Shown: positions 63,886 to 64,000 of the stretch, piece by piece
How positions within the stretch are numbered: the stretch's first letter is position 1
How the letters are laid out: each line of letters begins with the position of its first letter
Assembly (NCBI GenBank): GCA_036679405.1
Contig: JAVBVZ010000037.1
Coordinates: 18,236 to 82,235 of the forward strand
Direction of reading: 5' to 3'
DNA from: Christensenellaceae bacterium
GTDB lineage: Bacteria; Bacillota; Clostridia; Christensenellales; Christensenellaceae
DNA length: 64,000 nt
The notes under the pieces: generated by a model
Told to the model about the DNA's origin: nothing
The model's input: the letters and a program-made list of their open reading frames with translations, nothing else
Database searches by the model: none
Translations under genes and position numbers: made by a program

Positions 63886-64000
63886 TTATACGCACTGCGT
63901 TTTTCTGTATTCTTTGGGCGTCATATCCGTATATTTTTTAAACAAAACAGAAAAATACTGTGAATTCGGAATACCGACATCCACTGCAATTTCTGATATT
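63886..64000 (-). CDS. AraC-family regulator, C-terminal fragment (continues beyond window)
   Basis: Minus-strand frame reads ...ISEIAVDVGIPNSQYFSVLFKKYTDMTPKEYRKTQCV*, the second HTH of AraC/XylS proteins. Confidence 0.7.
   Translation of the reverse strand, partial: ISEIAVDVGIPNSQYFSVLFKKYTDMTPKEYRKTQCV

Overview
This 64-kb chromosomal stretch reads like a strictly anaerobic Firmicute of the Clostridia type. That is an inference from content: clostridial 2x[4Fe-4S] ferredoxins, rubredoxin, several flavodoxins, a 1415-aa BadF/BcrA-type activase fusion and AGGAGG-type RBSs. GC looks near 50% by eye and was not computed. I call 63 CDS, four of them short ORFs missing from the >=60-aa ORF track, plus 2 tRNAs (Pro-CGG, Val-GAC). 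There is no rRNA, CRISPR, transposase or integrase. The backbone is ordinary: hexokinase-like, PfkA and G1P-dehydrogenase-like genes, amino-acid and sugar ABC importers, two MFS pumps, two GGDEF cyclases, DinB and many redox carriers. Four accessory regions stand out. (1) At 15.7-22.1 kb, a minus-strand operon built around a 52-aa precursor-like peptide with a YxxPxL leader motif and three Cys exactly 12 residues apart. It combines a radical SAM/SPASM enzyme with lasso-type accessory genes (HPr-kinase-like::PqqD fusion, PF14907-like nucleotidyltransferase), an S24/S26 peptidase and an ABC exporter, but has no lasso cyclase or protease. (2) At 55.6-60.5 kb, a plus-strand operon of ArsM-like methyltransferase, an unannotated 35-aa CC..CC..C peptide, a 710-aa radical SAM/SPASM::Cys-rich fusion and a thioredoxin(CPPC)::TrxR-like fusion. 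Its promoter shares an ATATACCCC-N3-GGGGTATAT operator with the promoter of a convergent CsoR-family repressor that has Tyr at the Cu-ligand His position. (3) At 39.2-42.4 kb, an AmmeMemoRadiSam variant (LigB-like::AMMECR1 fusion plus rSAM) followed by DUF1848. (4) At 28.0-29.7 kb, an AT-rich 1.65-kb islet bounded by an 18-bp duplication of the tRNA-Pro 3' end, with no integrase. All family assignments come from motif recognition by eye. No database search was possible, so any novelty claim is provisional.
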